Of a stretch of 64,000 nucleotides of DNA, positions 1 to 9,212 are shown in pieces (the first letter of the stretch is position 1; every line of letters starts with the position of its first letter). A program made the position numbers and the translations under genes. The DNA comes from an uncultured Eubacteriales bacterium (GTDB taxonomy: Bacteria; Acidobacteriota; Aminicenantia; Aminicenantales; Aminicenantaceae). The notes below the pieces were generated by a model. It was not told where the DNA came from, made no database searches, and was given only the letters and a program-made list of their open reading frames with translations. Location of the stretch: the NCBI GenBank assembly GCA_964505785.1, contig CAZDJZ010000011.1, forward strand, positions 5,568 to 69,567, given 5' to 3'.

Positions 1-428
1 ACCACTTCTTCATCTATAAATTCTGCCCCGGCATTTTTAATATCCTGAACAATCGATTTCCAGCCGGTGAGTCTGCGGCCTTCCAAGACCCGTGCCGTTA
101 TCAGCAGCTGCGGCCCATGACAAATAGAAAAAACCGGTTTGTTATTCTGCATAAAATTTTTAACAAAATCAAGGGCTGCTTTATGTATACGCAGCTTATC
201 CGGGGAATATCCGCCGGGAATCAATAGAGCGTCAAAATCATCCGGATCGGCATCTCCCAGGGTCTGATCCACTTTGACTTTGGTTCCCTGTTTTTTGCCG
301 GATACTATTTTCCCGGCTTTGACGCCTACGACTGTCACTTTATGACCTTCTTCATGAAATTCATTCACCGGTTTCGTAAACTCGACATCTTCAAACCAAT
401 CATCTAGAATTACGGCTATGTTTGCCAT
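1..428 (-). CDS. DJ-1/PfpI family protein (class-I glutamine-amidotransferase-like protease/deglycase); C-terminus lies beyond window start
   Basis: Absent from the supplied ORF track because there is no stop inside the window. Manual minus-strand translation from the ATG at 426-428 gives MANIAVILDDWFEDVEFTKPVNEFHEEGHKVTVVGVKAGKIV...DFDALLIPGGYSPDKLR...NKPVFSICHGPQLLITA. The ICHGP nucleophile elbow and IPGG motif are PfpI/DJ-1 hallmarks. Confidence 0.85.
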   Translation of the reverse strand, partial: MANIAVILDDWFEDVEFTKPVNEFHEEGHKVTVVGVKAGKIVSGKKQGTKVKVDQTLGDADPDDFDALLIPGGYSPDKLRIHKAALDFVKNFMQNNKPVFSICHGPQLLITARVLEGRRLTGWKSIVQDIKNAGAEFIDEEV

Positions 429-443
429 TTTCCCTCCCCGGAT

Positions 444-902
444 CTATTCGCTCTTTTCCGGAGCCCGGATTGACAAGACCGGGACATTCGATGTCCGAAC
501 CACTTTTTCCGCCACTGAACCGAATACAAGATGTTTTATTCCAGTTAATCCGTGAGTGGCAATGACAATCATGCCGCAATTTTCTTCTTCGGCGGTTTTT
601 GTGATACGTTCGGCCGGGCTCCCATGAATTATTTTACCGCTATAATGGACCTCTTTTGAAACATATTTATCCGCCATATCCTTTATGGCGTTCTCTGCGG
701 ATTTTTTCAGCTCGTCCTGATACATCGCCACATTAAAACCCGAAGGCGGGGTGGTTGAGGACGGAACAGGAACCGGGCTGACAACATGCAAGAGAATCAA
801 CTCCGCTGAAAATTTTTCAGCCAAGTCATTGGCTGCTTTAACAGCTTCCTGTGAAGCTTCGCTGAAATCCGTCGGGCATAATATTTTTTTTATATTTTTC
901 AT
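444..902 (-). CDS. universal stress protein (UspA family)
   Basis: 152-aa ORF. KKILCPTDFSE...LLHVV N-terminus and ATHGLTGIKHLVFGSVAEKVVRTSNVPVLSIR C-terminus match the Usp nucleotide-binding fold. Confidence 0.9.
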   Translation of the reverse strand: MKNIKKILCPTDFSEASQEAVKAANDLAEKFSAELILLHVVSPVPVPSSTTPPSGFNVAMYQDELKKSAENAIKDMADKYVSKEVHYSGKIIHGSPAERITKTAEEENCGMIVIATHGLTGIKHLVFGSVAEKVVRTSNVPVLSIRAPEKSE

Positions 903-928
903 TTTTTCCCTCCCGTCATTTTACCGTA

Positions 929-1219
929 TTATTTTTCAAACCGGGACCGCGCTTTTTTCAGGGCACCCGTCAATTCATTCATGGAATCGTCAAGCCCATC
1001 TTTCAAGTCTTCCCAGGCGTTCCCACTCTTTTCTCGTAATCCGGCTAATTTTTCCTGTACATTATCTCTTTTCTCTTCCAGCTCTTTCTTTTTTTGCTGG
1101 AATTCAATTTTGGATTCAGCTTTTTCGCGGTCAGCTTGGGCCTTCAGCTTATCAATTTCCGCTTTCAATTCTTCCAATTTCGCTTCTGCGGCCTCGATAT
1201 AAGCGTTTTTATCACTCAT
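929..1219 (-). CDS. small coiled-coil protein, function unknown
   Basis: 96-aa ORF, strongly heptad-like and K/E/A-rich (EAAEAKLEELKAEIDKLKAQADREKAESK...). Same strand and tightly spaced with its neighbours. No family recognised. Confidence 0.6.
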   Translation of the reverse strand: MSDKNAYIEAAEAKLEELKAEIDKLKAQADREKAESKIEFQQKKKELEEKRDNVQEKLAGLREKSGNAWEDLKDGLDDSMNELTGALKKARSRFEK

Positions 1220-1237
1220 GTTAAAATCCTCCTTTTT

Positions 1238-1552
1238 TTATTGTTCGTCTATCATAAAGTCATTCAATCTTTTCTCGGCTTTTTGCAATGATCCGCCGAT
1301 ACGCGTTATGTCCTTTTCGATTTCATCCAGCATTTTCACTCTTTCTTTGCCGCCGGCCGCCCCCAGCTTATGCATTTTCTTTCTTTCTTCATCCAAAAAA
1401 ATCCGCATATCCGATATCTGTTTCTTATAATCAATTTTCGATTCCCAGTCAGCATCATCCAATTTTATTTCTATCTCATTCAACTGTTCTTCCCATTCTT
1501 TGATCTGACTTTGTAATTTTCTTAAAAATAATTCTTCCTTGTTTTTATTCAT
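1238..1552 (-). CDS. small coiled-coil protein, function unknown
   Basis: 104-aa ORF, charged and helical (LRKLQSQIKEWEEQLNEIEIKLDD...). 18 nt upstream of the 929-1219 gene. No family recognised. Confidence 0.6.
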   Translation of the reverse strand: MNKNKEELFLRKLQSQIKEWEEQLNEIEIKLDDADWESKIDYKKQISDMRIFLDEERKKMHKLGAAGGKERVKMLDEIEKDITRIGGSLQKAEKRLNDFMIDEQ

Positions 1553-1643
1553 GGAAATTTTCCCCTAACTTCCTCCATTAATCCAGCCGGCCAAATTATC
1601 ATCTGTTTTCATCGTTCTTAAAGCATACATCATATATATTAAA

Positions 1644-1659
1644 TACAAGAAACATGCCA
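1644..1659 (-). promoter_or_regulatory. sigma-54-like promoter candidate (TGGCAT-N5-TTGT)
   Basis: The minus strand reads ttGGCATgtttcTTGTattt with correct -24/-12 spacing, but -12 is GT rather than GC. It lies about 90 nt upstream of the 1552 start. Confidence 0.3.
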
Positions 1660-1808
1660 AGTGAAATGGATTTATTTTTCCCTGAAAGATAGAAAATTTT
1701 TAAAAAACCAGGTGAACTCCGGTTTCATTATGCAGGAAAAATCCGGTTATATGGGAATACTGCGTAAGGAATAAATAACAATCCCCGGCTTCGCAACGGA
1801 TGCAGGGA

Positions 1809-3254
1809 TCATAATTTTTTGACCCGGACCATGTTTGTGCTTCCGGGCCTGCCGACAGGATGACCGGAAGTTATGATTACGATTTGACCTTTTGTGACCA
1901 ATTCTGTGTGGAGGGCGGATTCCGCTGCCTGTTCGATCATATCATCCGCTCCGCCTGGATTGGGCGCCTCAAAGGGATTGACACCCCAAGACAGGCAAAG
2001 CCGGCGTACAGTTTCAGCAGCCGGGGACAAAGCAATAATATTTTGCCGCGGACGGTAACGGGAAATATATCCAGCCGTCTGTCCGGTTTGGGTGCGGGCG
2101 ATAATAGCCGCTGCGTTCAATTGGTCAGCCATATGGCAGGATGCATAGGCGACAGATAATGACACATCCTTTGTGGGCCTTTGATCCAGGAATAAATTAT
2201 GGGGATAATGGCTCTCAGCGCTTCGTATAATCCGCTGCATAAATTCAACTGCTCTCACCGGGTAATTCCCGACAGCAGTCTCTTCAGAAAGCATAACCGC
2301 ATCCGTTCCGTCCAGAACAGCATTGGCCACATCCGTGGCTTCCGCACGGGTCGGCCGCGGAGATTCAGTCATAGAGCGCAGCATTTGTGTTGCCGTTATG
2401 ACCGGTTTTCCCTGAAGATTGGATTTTTTAATAACATCTTTTTGCACAATGGGAACATTTTCCAGCGGAATATCGACACCGAGGTCTCCCCTTGCGACCA
2501 TTATCCCGTCAGCAGCTTCCAGGATATCATCAATGTTGTTGACAGCTTCATGTTTTTCAATTTTAGCGATAACAGGAATTTGGTGATGATGCTTTTCTAT
2601 GATACTTTTTGCTTCCATAATATCTTGCTGATTTCTGACAAAGGAAAGCGCGATAAAATCAACCCCCAACTCCAGTCCAAACTGCATGTCATGCTTATCT
2701 TTTTCTGTCAAAGCGGGAATGTCCAAACTCCGTGTAGGAAGGTTTAATCCCTTATGAGAAGTTAGTATATCCCCGGTGATCACCCGGCAGCGGATTTCCT
2801 CTTTTTTTATATCCTCTACTTCCAGCTCTATCGTCCCATCCGCCAGTAAAATCGGGTCTCCCGGCTCCACAACTTTGGGCAATTCTGCATAGGTAACGGA
2901 GACTTTTTCTTCGCTTCCTATTACCAATGAAGTGGTTAAAACAAAACGGGCACCATTCCTTAAATGAACCCCTGGTGATGGAATGTCCCCCACGCGGACT
3001 TTTGGGCCGGCCAGGTCCTGCAGCACTGCAACAGGTTTTTGCATTTGATTCGAAAGATTTCTAATCAGGTGAAACACCTCGGCATGTTCTTCAGAAGTCC
3101 CATGGGAAAAATTCAAACGGGCCACATCCATACCTTTAATGATCATCTCTCTGAGAATATTTTCAGAATTGCTTGCCGGTCCTATAGTGCATACTGTTTT
3201 AGTTTGATTCATTTGCATTTTCTCTTTCTTATACCTGATTTTATTAAACCCCAT
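1809..3254 (-). CDS. pyk: pyruvate kinase
   Basis: KTVCTIGPAS, ARLNFSHG, MVARGDLGV and C-terminal regulatory-domain similarity. The true start is probably the ATG at 3218 or 3212 (MQMNQTK...) rather than 3254. Confidence 0.95.
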   Translation of the reverse strand: MGFNKIRYKKEKMQMNQTKTVCTIGPASNSENILREMIIKGMDVARLNFSHGTSEEHAEVFHLIRNLSNQMQKPVAVLQDLAGPKVRVGDIPSPGVHLRNGARFVLTTSLVIGSEEKVSVTYAELPKVVEPGDPILLADGTIELEVEDIKKEEIRCRVITGDILTSHKGLNLPTRSLDIPALTEKDKHDMQFGLELGVDFIALSFVRNQQDIMEAKSIIEKHHHQIPVIAKIEKHEAVNNIDDILEAADGIMVARGDLGVDIPLENVPIVQKDVIKKSNLQGKPVITATQMLRSMTESPRPTRAEATDVANAVLDGTDAVMLSEETAVGNYPVRAVEFMQRIIRSAESHYPHNLFLDQRPTKDVSLSVAYASCHMADQLNAAAIIARTQTGQTAGYISRYRPRQNIIALSPAAETVRRLCLSWGVNPFEAPNPGGADDMIEQAAESALHTELVTKGQIVIITSGHPVGRPGSTNMVRVKKL

Positions 3255-3309
3255 TGCTTATCGCAATGGGTTGTTCTGAGTCATTAGTTCGTAAACAACA
3301 GGACAGCTA

Positions 3310-5313
3310 TCATCCTGAACGCAGCGAGCTGACCTTCTCATATGAAATCAGCCGGGCGTTGACGGCAACAATGATGGTGCTGATAGACATCACCAAAGCA
3401 CCGGCCGCTGGCGCCATGACAATACCGTATGGATAGAGAACGCCGGCTGCCAAAGGAATGGCAAGAACATTATATCCGGTCGCCCAAGCCAGATTTTGTT
3501 TCATTTTCCTGCGGGTAATCCGGGAAAAATTCAGTATATGACACACGTCTTTGGGATTATTTTCCACTAGAATCACATCGGCGGTCTCTGCAGCCACATC
3601 CGTACCCGCACCAATGGCAATTCCCAGGTCGGCTTGCGCCAATGCCGGAGCATCGTTGATTCCATCCCCAACCATAGCTACTTTTTTTCCTTCGGCCTGG
3701 AGTTTTTTGACTTTTTCCGATTTTTTATCCGGAAGAACTCCGGCAAACCAGGTTTCAATTCCGAGCTCACCGGCTACATATTCAGCAGTGGCCTTATTAT
3801 CTCCTGTGATAAGGGCTACTTCAATCCCCCGGTTTTTCAAGTCCTCGACTGCTTGCCTTGATTCATCCCGGATCATATCGGTCATTCCGATAACACCTTG
3901 AACCTTTCCGCCGGAAAGCACAAACACGGTTGTCTTTCCCTTTGAAGCCAGCTTTTCCATCTGCTGCTCTGCTTCTGATGTATCAGAAATATCTTCCAGC
4001 ACGGCTTTATTTCCAACGCGGATTGCTTCTCCCTGGATTTCAGCCTGAGCGCCTTTTCCGGGTATCGCTTTAAATTCGGAAGATTCCGGGATATTCAATT
4101 CTTTTTCTTCCGCCAGCTTAACAATCCCCTTGGCTATAGAATGTTCAGATTCCTTTTCAACCGATGCCGCCATTTGCAAAATCTTATCCTCTTCCCAGCC
4201 GGCAAGAGATACCACATCCGTTACACCGAATTCCCCTTTTGTCAAAGTCCCTGTTTTATCAAACATGACCGCTTGGATTTTTCGGGATTCTTCAAAAGCT
4301 GTCCGGTTTCGAATCAATAGACCGTTCTTGGCTGACAACGTCGTGATAACGGCGATGACCAAGGGGACGGCCAAACCGAGGGCATGAGGGCAGGTGATCA
4401 CCATGACCGTCACCATCCGTTCGAGAGAAAAAACAAAGGGTTTTCCGTAAATGATCCAAACGGATAATGTTACAATTCCAACAGATAACGCAATGATGGT
4501 TAACCAAAATGCCGCCCGGTCAGCGAAGCTCTGGGCTTCGGACTTGCTTTGCTGTGATTTTTCAACCAATTCTATCATTTGGTTCAAGTAGGAATCTTTT
4601 CCGGTTTTGGATACCTTGATTGTTAATGACCCGTTTCCATTGACAGCACCTCCGATAACATCGTCTCCCTCTTTCTTGGAAACCGGCTCCGATTCTCCTG
4701 TTATCATGGCCTCATCGACCTCTGACTCCCCTTTCTGAATGAGCCCGTCCACAGGAATCTTTTCTCCGGGTTTCACCAGGACTTTATCATCTTTATCCAA
4801 TTCATGAATTTCCACATCTTCGGTCTGACTACCCATAGTGATCCGGTGGGCTTTGGACGGCATCAATTGAGCCAATTCCTCCAAAGCCCGGGAAGCCCCC
4901 ATGACCGAACGCATTTCCACCCAATGTCCCAGAAGCATGACGTCTATCAGGGTGACCAGTTCCCAGAAAAAAACCTTGCCTGCAACACCGAATACAACCG
5001 CAGCGGAATAAGCATAGGCCACCGTGATTGCCAGCGCTATCAAGGTCATCATACCCGGCTGTTTCTTTCGGACTTCCCGGGCAAAACCTTTAAGAAACGG
5101 CCATCCGCCGTAGATATATATGAAGGATGAAAACCCAAACAGTATCCACATCCTCCCTGAGAAGCTCCAGGAAATCCCGATAAAAGACTGAATCATAGGG
5201 GAAAGAACTAAAACCGGGATAGATACAGTCAGGGATATCCAGAACCTGATTTTAAAGTCCGTCAGCATATGAGCGTGTTGATTGTGACCTTTTTTTTGAT
5301 GACGATAACTCAT
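3310..5313 (-). CDS. copB: copper-translocating P1B-type ATPase, CPH-motif / His-rich N-terminus subtype (CopB-like)
   Basis: TGES, DKTGTLT and GDGINDAP P-type motifs. TM6 carries CPH ([12 protein letters not shown]). His-rich N-terminus [16 protein letters not shown] and no CxxC HMA domain. Confidence 0.9.
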   Translation of the reverse strand: MSYRHQKKGHNQHAHMLTDFKIRFWISLTVSIPVLVLSPMIQSFIGISWSFSGRMWILFGFSSFIYIYGGWPFLKGFAREVRKKQPGMMTLIALAITVAYAYSAAVVFGVAGKVFFWELVTLIDVMLLGHWVEMRSVMGASRALEELAQLMPSKAHRITMGSQTEDVEIHELDKDDKVLVKPGEKIPVDGLIQKGESEVDEAMITGESEPVSKKEGDDVIGGAVNGNGSLTIKVSKTGKDSYLNQMIELVEKSQQSKSEAQSFADRAAFWLTIIALSVGIVTLSVWIIYGKPFVFSLERMVTVMVITCPHALGLAVPLVIAVITTLSAKNGLLIRNRTAFEESRKIQAVMFDKTGTLTKGEFGVTDVVSLAGWEEDKILQMAASVEKESEHSIAKGIVKLAEEKELNIPESSEFKAIPGKGAQAEIQGEAIRVGNKAVLEDISDTSEAEQQMEKLASKGKTTVFVLSGGKVQGVIGMTDMIRDESRQAVEDLKNRGIEVALITGDNKATAEYVAGELGIETWFAGVLPDKKSEKVKKLQAEGKKVAMVGDGINDAPALAQADLGIAIGAGTDVAAETADVILVENNPKDVCHILNFSRITRRKMKQNLAWATGYNVLAIPLAAGVLYPYGIVMAPAAGALVMSISTIIVAVNARLISYEKVSSLRSG

Positions 5314-5344
5314 TTATGCCTCCATATTTTATATTCTATTATCT

Positions 5345-5352
5345 ATTATACA
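5345..5352 (-). promoter_or_regulatory. candidate extended -10 promoter element (TGTATAAT) for copB
   Basis: The minus strand reads aaaagtTGTATAATagat about 32 nt upstream of the copB ATG (5313). No good -35 is present. Confidence 0.35.
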
Positions 5353-5363
5353 ACTTTTATATT

Positions 5364-5674
5364 AACCTTATTTATTCACGGGCCGAGATTGCGGCAGACG
5401 ACGACAATTTTTCATTCAATTACGTGCTGAGGCCTGAGAAGCAGGCCGCAAGGATCTTATGGTGCTTCGTTCATTGAGTCGGCACCGATTCAATGACGAC
5501 GCAGTACAATATCCTTACGTTGCTTCACTTCGCTCAGGACAACCCTGGCGGGTTGTTTTCGGACTAATAGTTCAGGATAATTTGATTTTGGAACCCGGGA
5601 ATAATATACTAACCTTGATTATTCATAAAAAATTGCGATGTTTTAGCAATCTCAGCCTGTGAATAACCCAGGCT
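5364..5674. mobile_element. candidate MITE-like unit bounded by inverted family-A ends, carrying a family-B hairpin (5424-5540)
   Basis: The left end is aaccttatttattcacgggccgagattgcggcagacg (5364-5400). The right end is tagcaatctcagcctgtgaataacccaggct (5644-5674). An extra A-tract variant copy lies at 5611-5640, head-to-head with the right end. Confidence 0.45.
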
Positions 5675-5681
5675 AAAAATT

Positions 5682-5856
5682 ATGATAGGCATAATCGGTG
5701 TTATCGCTTTTTTAACCGTCCTGGCTCTATCCATGTTGATAACCGGCCTGGCCACCTCAGCCCTAGCCATGACTGGCCTCTCCCGCGAAGCCGCCCGCTT
5801 TCAAGCCCGGTCTGCTTTCACCGGAACCGGATTTACCACAAAAGAAAAAAAAAAAA
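5682..5856 (+). pseudogene. 5' remnant of a membrane pore-loop / TrkA-C-type protein gene, truncated at an A12 run
   Basis: MIGIIGVIAFLTVLALSMLITGLATSALAMTGLSREAARFQARSAFTGTGFTTKE matches, from memory, the N-terminus of TM + RFQARSAxTGxGFTT + TrkA-C proteins. Homology stops at the homopolymer A12 (5845-5856). The rest of the ORF (to 6065) overlaps the convergent 5895-7394 gene and looks like noise. Confidence 0.4.
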
Positions 5857-5894
5857 CGAATTTTGAAGTCCATATACTCTCTAATTTCAACTCT

Positions 5895-7394
5895 TCACTT
5901 TTCACTGTTTACTTTCAACATAAAGTCTTCCGCCAGCCGCAAATATTTCCTACACAACTCTCCCGCTTCCTCTTTCTGTTCCTTCCCTACATCTTCATCC
6001 CGGAGTTGGTAAGCTTGCACCAGGACTTGAACAACAGCCCGGTAGCATTGGTAAAAATCAATTAGCTTAAACAAATCCTGATCTTCCGATAGAGAAACAT
6101 ATTGATCCACCAGAACACCCGCAAGCTCATTACAATTGAAAAAATTTAAATCCATGGCTAAATAGGCTAAATCCGCAGCCACGTCGCAAGATGCGATTTT
6201 TTCTGAAAACTCGATAGCATCAAATAGGTATATTTTGTCGCTGGTGATAAAAATATTTTTTGACCGGACATCCCCATGCCCCCTTCGGACTCTTCCTTCA
6301 CGGTTCCTCTTTTTAAATAAGTCCTGGTGGCGGTTAAAGAAATTTTCCACACTTTGATGAATTCGCGCCAATCTCTCCCCTTCTCCTAACTGATCCTGAA
6401 TAAAATCTTTCAAAGCAAAAGCCGGTTCGAAATTGTCCCGGATGGCCTCTATCCTTCCGTATTCATCCCCTGCTTTATGCGATTGATTATGAAAATCATA
6501 CAAAATTCGGGCGATTTCCTGAATATGATCGTGAGTGACACTATTTTGTTCTAAGCGGTGATCCATCCGGTCTTTCTGGGGAAGCTCTTTCATTTTAACA
6601 CAGTAATCCAAAATCTCTCCTTCCCCTCCGAATTCGACCTTGCCGTCCCTGCGTACGACCGGTTCAACCCCCATATATATTTCCGGTGCAATGAGGGAAT
6701 TCAACATATTTTCGCGATGACAAAATCTTTTTCGTTTCTCCAAAGTTGAATAATCGACAAAACTGTATAAAACCGGTTTTTTTATTTTCCGCGCCCGGCT
6801 TCCGTTCAAAATGACCCAGCTCATATGTGTTTGAAATAAACGGCGGTCTTCCGTGAGTAAAGGATCGATGACGTCCTTATGCCCCTTCATGATCCGGATG
6901 GAATTGGCTGAATCCTGAACTTTTGCTTTCCATTTTCCTTCGTTTCGGGTGTCAATGGCAAAATCCGGGTCTTTAATATCCTCGAATTGCTTCTTCATCA
7001 TTTTGTATACTTTATAATCGGCTTCACTGGCGTCAGTCCCGGCTTGATAGCGGTCTTCTATCCTTCTTTTAACAATGTTCTCCGGGCAAACGACTTCGAC
7101 CAAAAAAAAGGATTCTCCGTGTTTCCGGGCCAGTTTTTCGGCCCGTTGCCGCAGGTCCCGTTTGAAAAAAGTCCCATCCAGAATTACAGATTTTCTCTGT
7201 TCAAGTATTTTCTCAGCCTTCTCCATCAGAACAGCATAAACACTCCGTTTATGCTGTTCTGAATAATCCTGATTTTTATCGATTTTCCTGCGCAGCTCAT
7301 CAGTGGATAATCTTTCCGCTCCCAGGTGACCAGCCAATTCTTTGGCCACAGAGGTCTTGCCGGTCCCCGGCAGACCTGACATGATTATGAGCAT
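5895..7394 (-). CDS. fusion protein: N-terminal P-loop kinase-like ATPase + C-terminal aminoglycoside-phosphotransferase-like (APH/ChoK fold) domain
   Basis: Walker A MSGLPGTGKTS at the N-terminus. C-terminal HGDVRSKNIFI...LFDAIEF resembles the HGDxxxxN...D catalytic and Mg loops of APH-type kinases. Confidence 0.8.
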   Translation of the reverse strand: MLIIMSGLPGTGKTSVAKELAGHLGAERLSTDELRRKIDKNQDYSEQHKRSVYAVLMEKAEKILEQRKSVILDGTFFKRDLRQRAEKLARKHGESFFLVEVVCPENIVKRRIEDRYQAGTDASEADYKVYKMMKKQFEDIKDPDFAIDTRNEGKWKAKVQDSANSIRIMKGHKDVIDPLLTEDRRLFQTHMSWVILNGSRARKIKKPVLYSFVDYSTLEKRKRFCHRENMLNSLIAPEIYMGVEPVVRRDGKVEFGGEGEILDYCVKMKELPQKDRMDHRLEQNSVTHDHIQEIARILYDFHNQSHKAGDEYGRIEAIRDNFEPAFALKDFIQDQLGEGERLARIHQSVENFFNRHQDLFKKRNREGRVRRGHGDVRSKNIFITSDKIYLFDAIEFSEKIASCDVAADLAYLAMDLNFFNCNELAGVLVDQYVSLSEDQDLFKLIDFYQCYRAVVQVLVQAYQLRDEDVGKEQKEEAGELCRKYLRLAEDFMLKVNSEK

Positions 7395-7401
7395 ATCCGT
7401 G

Positions 7402-8544
7402 TCACCTTGAATCCAAATCTACTTTTATATTTAAAAATTCAAGCATATCTTTCAGAGCCACCACGCCAATCAGCTTATCATTGTCTACCACCATCAGCCG
7501 GCTGCGGTTTTTTTGTTTCATAATGGAAAGGGCCTTTACCGCATCTTCATCCGGACTGACCGTGTTGTCCGCAGAGCAGCTTTTCATGATATCCTCAACC
7601 GTCTTCCCGGAACGTTCCTCTTTGGGAATCTCTTTTACATGGTTTAGTTCCACGCATCCGATTAATTTACCATTCTCCACAACCGGATACATCTTATAAT
7701 GGTACTCATAAATATAATCTTCAATCAAATCGTTTAGATTGGTGGATGGCGGAACCGTTACCGGCTCTGATGCCATAAACCGGGAAACCTTTTCTCCTTC
7801 CAGTGCCCGCCTTATCACAATTTGCTGATAAGACATCTGAGAAGCTCCCCGGATAAACATTCCAATCAAAAACATCCAGGCACCGCCGATGAAATTTCCG
7901 GAGATGGCTTCCAATACACCAAGAATGATTAAGACAAATCCGAAACCGGATCCTATTTTAGAGGCAACATTAGTGGCCCACCGGATATCATCCTTCCATC
8001 CCCATAGGATAGAACGGAGCACACGGCCGCCATCCAGAGGAAAGGCTGGAATCAAGTTGAACCCGGCCAAAATCAAATTGATCCAAGCCAGGTAATCAAT
8101 TACCCCTAGAAAAGGTTTATCCCAACCGGCGGTTTCACCTAAGAACACCACTCCGAACAGAAGAAATCCCAACACAATGCTGGATAAAGGTCCGGCAACC
8201 GCCATGAAAAATTCAGCTTTGGGACTGGGCGGTTCTTCCGTCATCTCAGCCACCCCGCCGAATATAAACAAGGTTATTCCTTTCATAGGCAAACCGAAGC
8301 GGCGGGCAATCAATGAGTGCCACAATTCATGAAAGACGATGGAAAACAATAACCCTATGGCGCCTGCCACTCCCATAATCCAATATGTGGATGTCGAAAG
8401 GCCCTCATGAAAATTAGGGAACAACCCTTTAGCCAGGGTCCAAGTGATGAGCAGTCCTAAAATCAGCCAGCTGAGATCCAGCTTGACTTCAAATCCGAAT
8501 AATTTAAATATGGTTATTCGCTTACCAAACATAGATGCCTCCAT
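7402..8544 (-). CDS. site-2 protease family (peptidase M50) with C-terminal tandem CBS domains
   Basis: HELWH zinc motif and LIPAFPLDGGR second motif in a polytopic N-terminal half. CBS-pair-like C-terminal half (...LIGCVELNHV...LIGVVALKDM). Confidence 0.9.
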   Translation of the reverse strand: MEASMFGKRITIFKLFGFEVKLDLSWLILGLLITWTLAKGLFPNFHEGLSTSTYWIMGVAGAIGLLFSIVFHELWHSLIARRFGLPMKGITLFIFGGVAEMTEEPPSPKAEFFMAVAGPLSSIVLGFLLFGVVFLGETAGWDKPFLGVIDYLAWINLILAGFNLIPAFPLDGGRVLRSILWGWKDDIRWATNVASKIGSGFGFVLIILGVLEAISGNFIGGAWMFLIGMFIRGASQMSYQQIVIRRALEGEKVSRFMASEPVTVPPSTNLNDLIEDYIYEYHYKMYPVVENGKLIGCVELNHVKEIPKEERSGKTVEDIMKSCSADNTVSPDEDAVKALSIMKQKNRSRLMVVDNDKLIGVVALKDMLEFLNIKVDLDSR

Positions 8545-8592
8545 TCAGGGTTATTATCTTTGTGTGTTTCAGCCTTGTCAATATAAATGAAA

Positions 8593-8970
8593 TCATTTGG
8601 ATTGGATCAGGATCAATCGGTCAAGGACCGCCCGAATGTTCTGATTCAGCCCGGTTTCATTCTCATACCCGATATAATTCGGCCGGAGCTGATGTGCGGA
8701 TGAAACCGTGTCACTATCGTTATCCGGCAGGATAAGCAGAGTCTTGACTGGAGTGATCAGATTTTTAATTTCCAGCAGCTGATGCAGATTGTCCTTGTCA
8801 TGCAGATACAGGATCAATACAAAAATTTCAGGGAATGATGCCAATCGCTGTTTTAATTCTCCCAGCGAATCATAGGGTTCAATACGTGCCGTGTCCGAAA
8901 AATTCTCAAATAATTCCTTTACCAGTTGATTTGATTGGGTTGAGTTCGAAGTGTAGATGACTATTCTCAT
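8593..8970 (-). CDS. stand-alone degenerate receiver-like (pseudo-receiver) protein
   Basis: The ORF track gives 8593-9045. MRIVIYTSNS... (ATG at 8970) looks like the real start. It has a receiver-like beta-alpha pattern, but the acidic pocket (DD in beta1) is replaced by TSNS and the phospho-Asp position is ambiguous (LILYLHDKD). Confidence 0.5.
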   Translation of the reverse strand: MRIVIYTSNSTQSNQLVKELFENFSDTARIEPYDSLGELKQRLASFPEIFVLILYLHDKDNLHQLLEIKNLITPVKTLLILPDNDSDTVSSAHQLRPNYIGYENETGLNQNIRAVLDRLILIQSK

Positions 8971-9212
8971 TTCTTTATTCCAGCCCTTTTTATATACAAA
9001 AATCATGCCATATCGATTATTTTCGGCTTTACTCTGATTTGACACTTTATTCCCGTGCCAAATGCCCGATACATGTTCACTCCGGCCGGATTTATCGTGT
9101 ATAATGGGACAGATGCGGCTGCAAGAAGCTACTCCGGCTTCTGGAAATAATTCCCCCTAATGCCAGGTCTCAGCAAACGGATATAAATCTAAAGATTTTT
9201 TTATGATCCGGA

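Noticed and set aside
9055-9060. Exact TGGCAC (minus strand) upstream of the degenerate receiver gene, as a sigma-54 promoter
   Set aside because: The -12 position reads TAAAG with no GC element. On its own, a 6-mer match is expected by chance.
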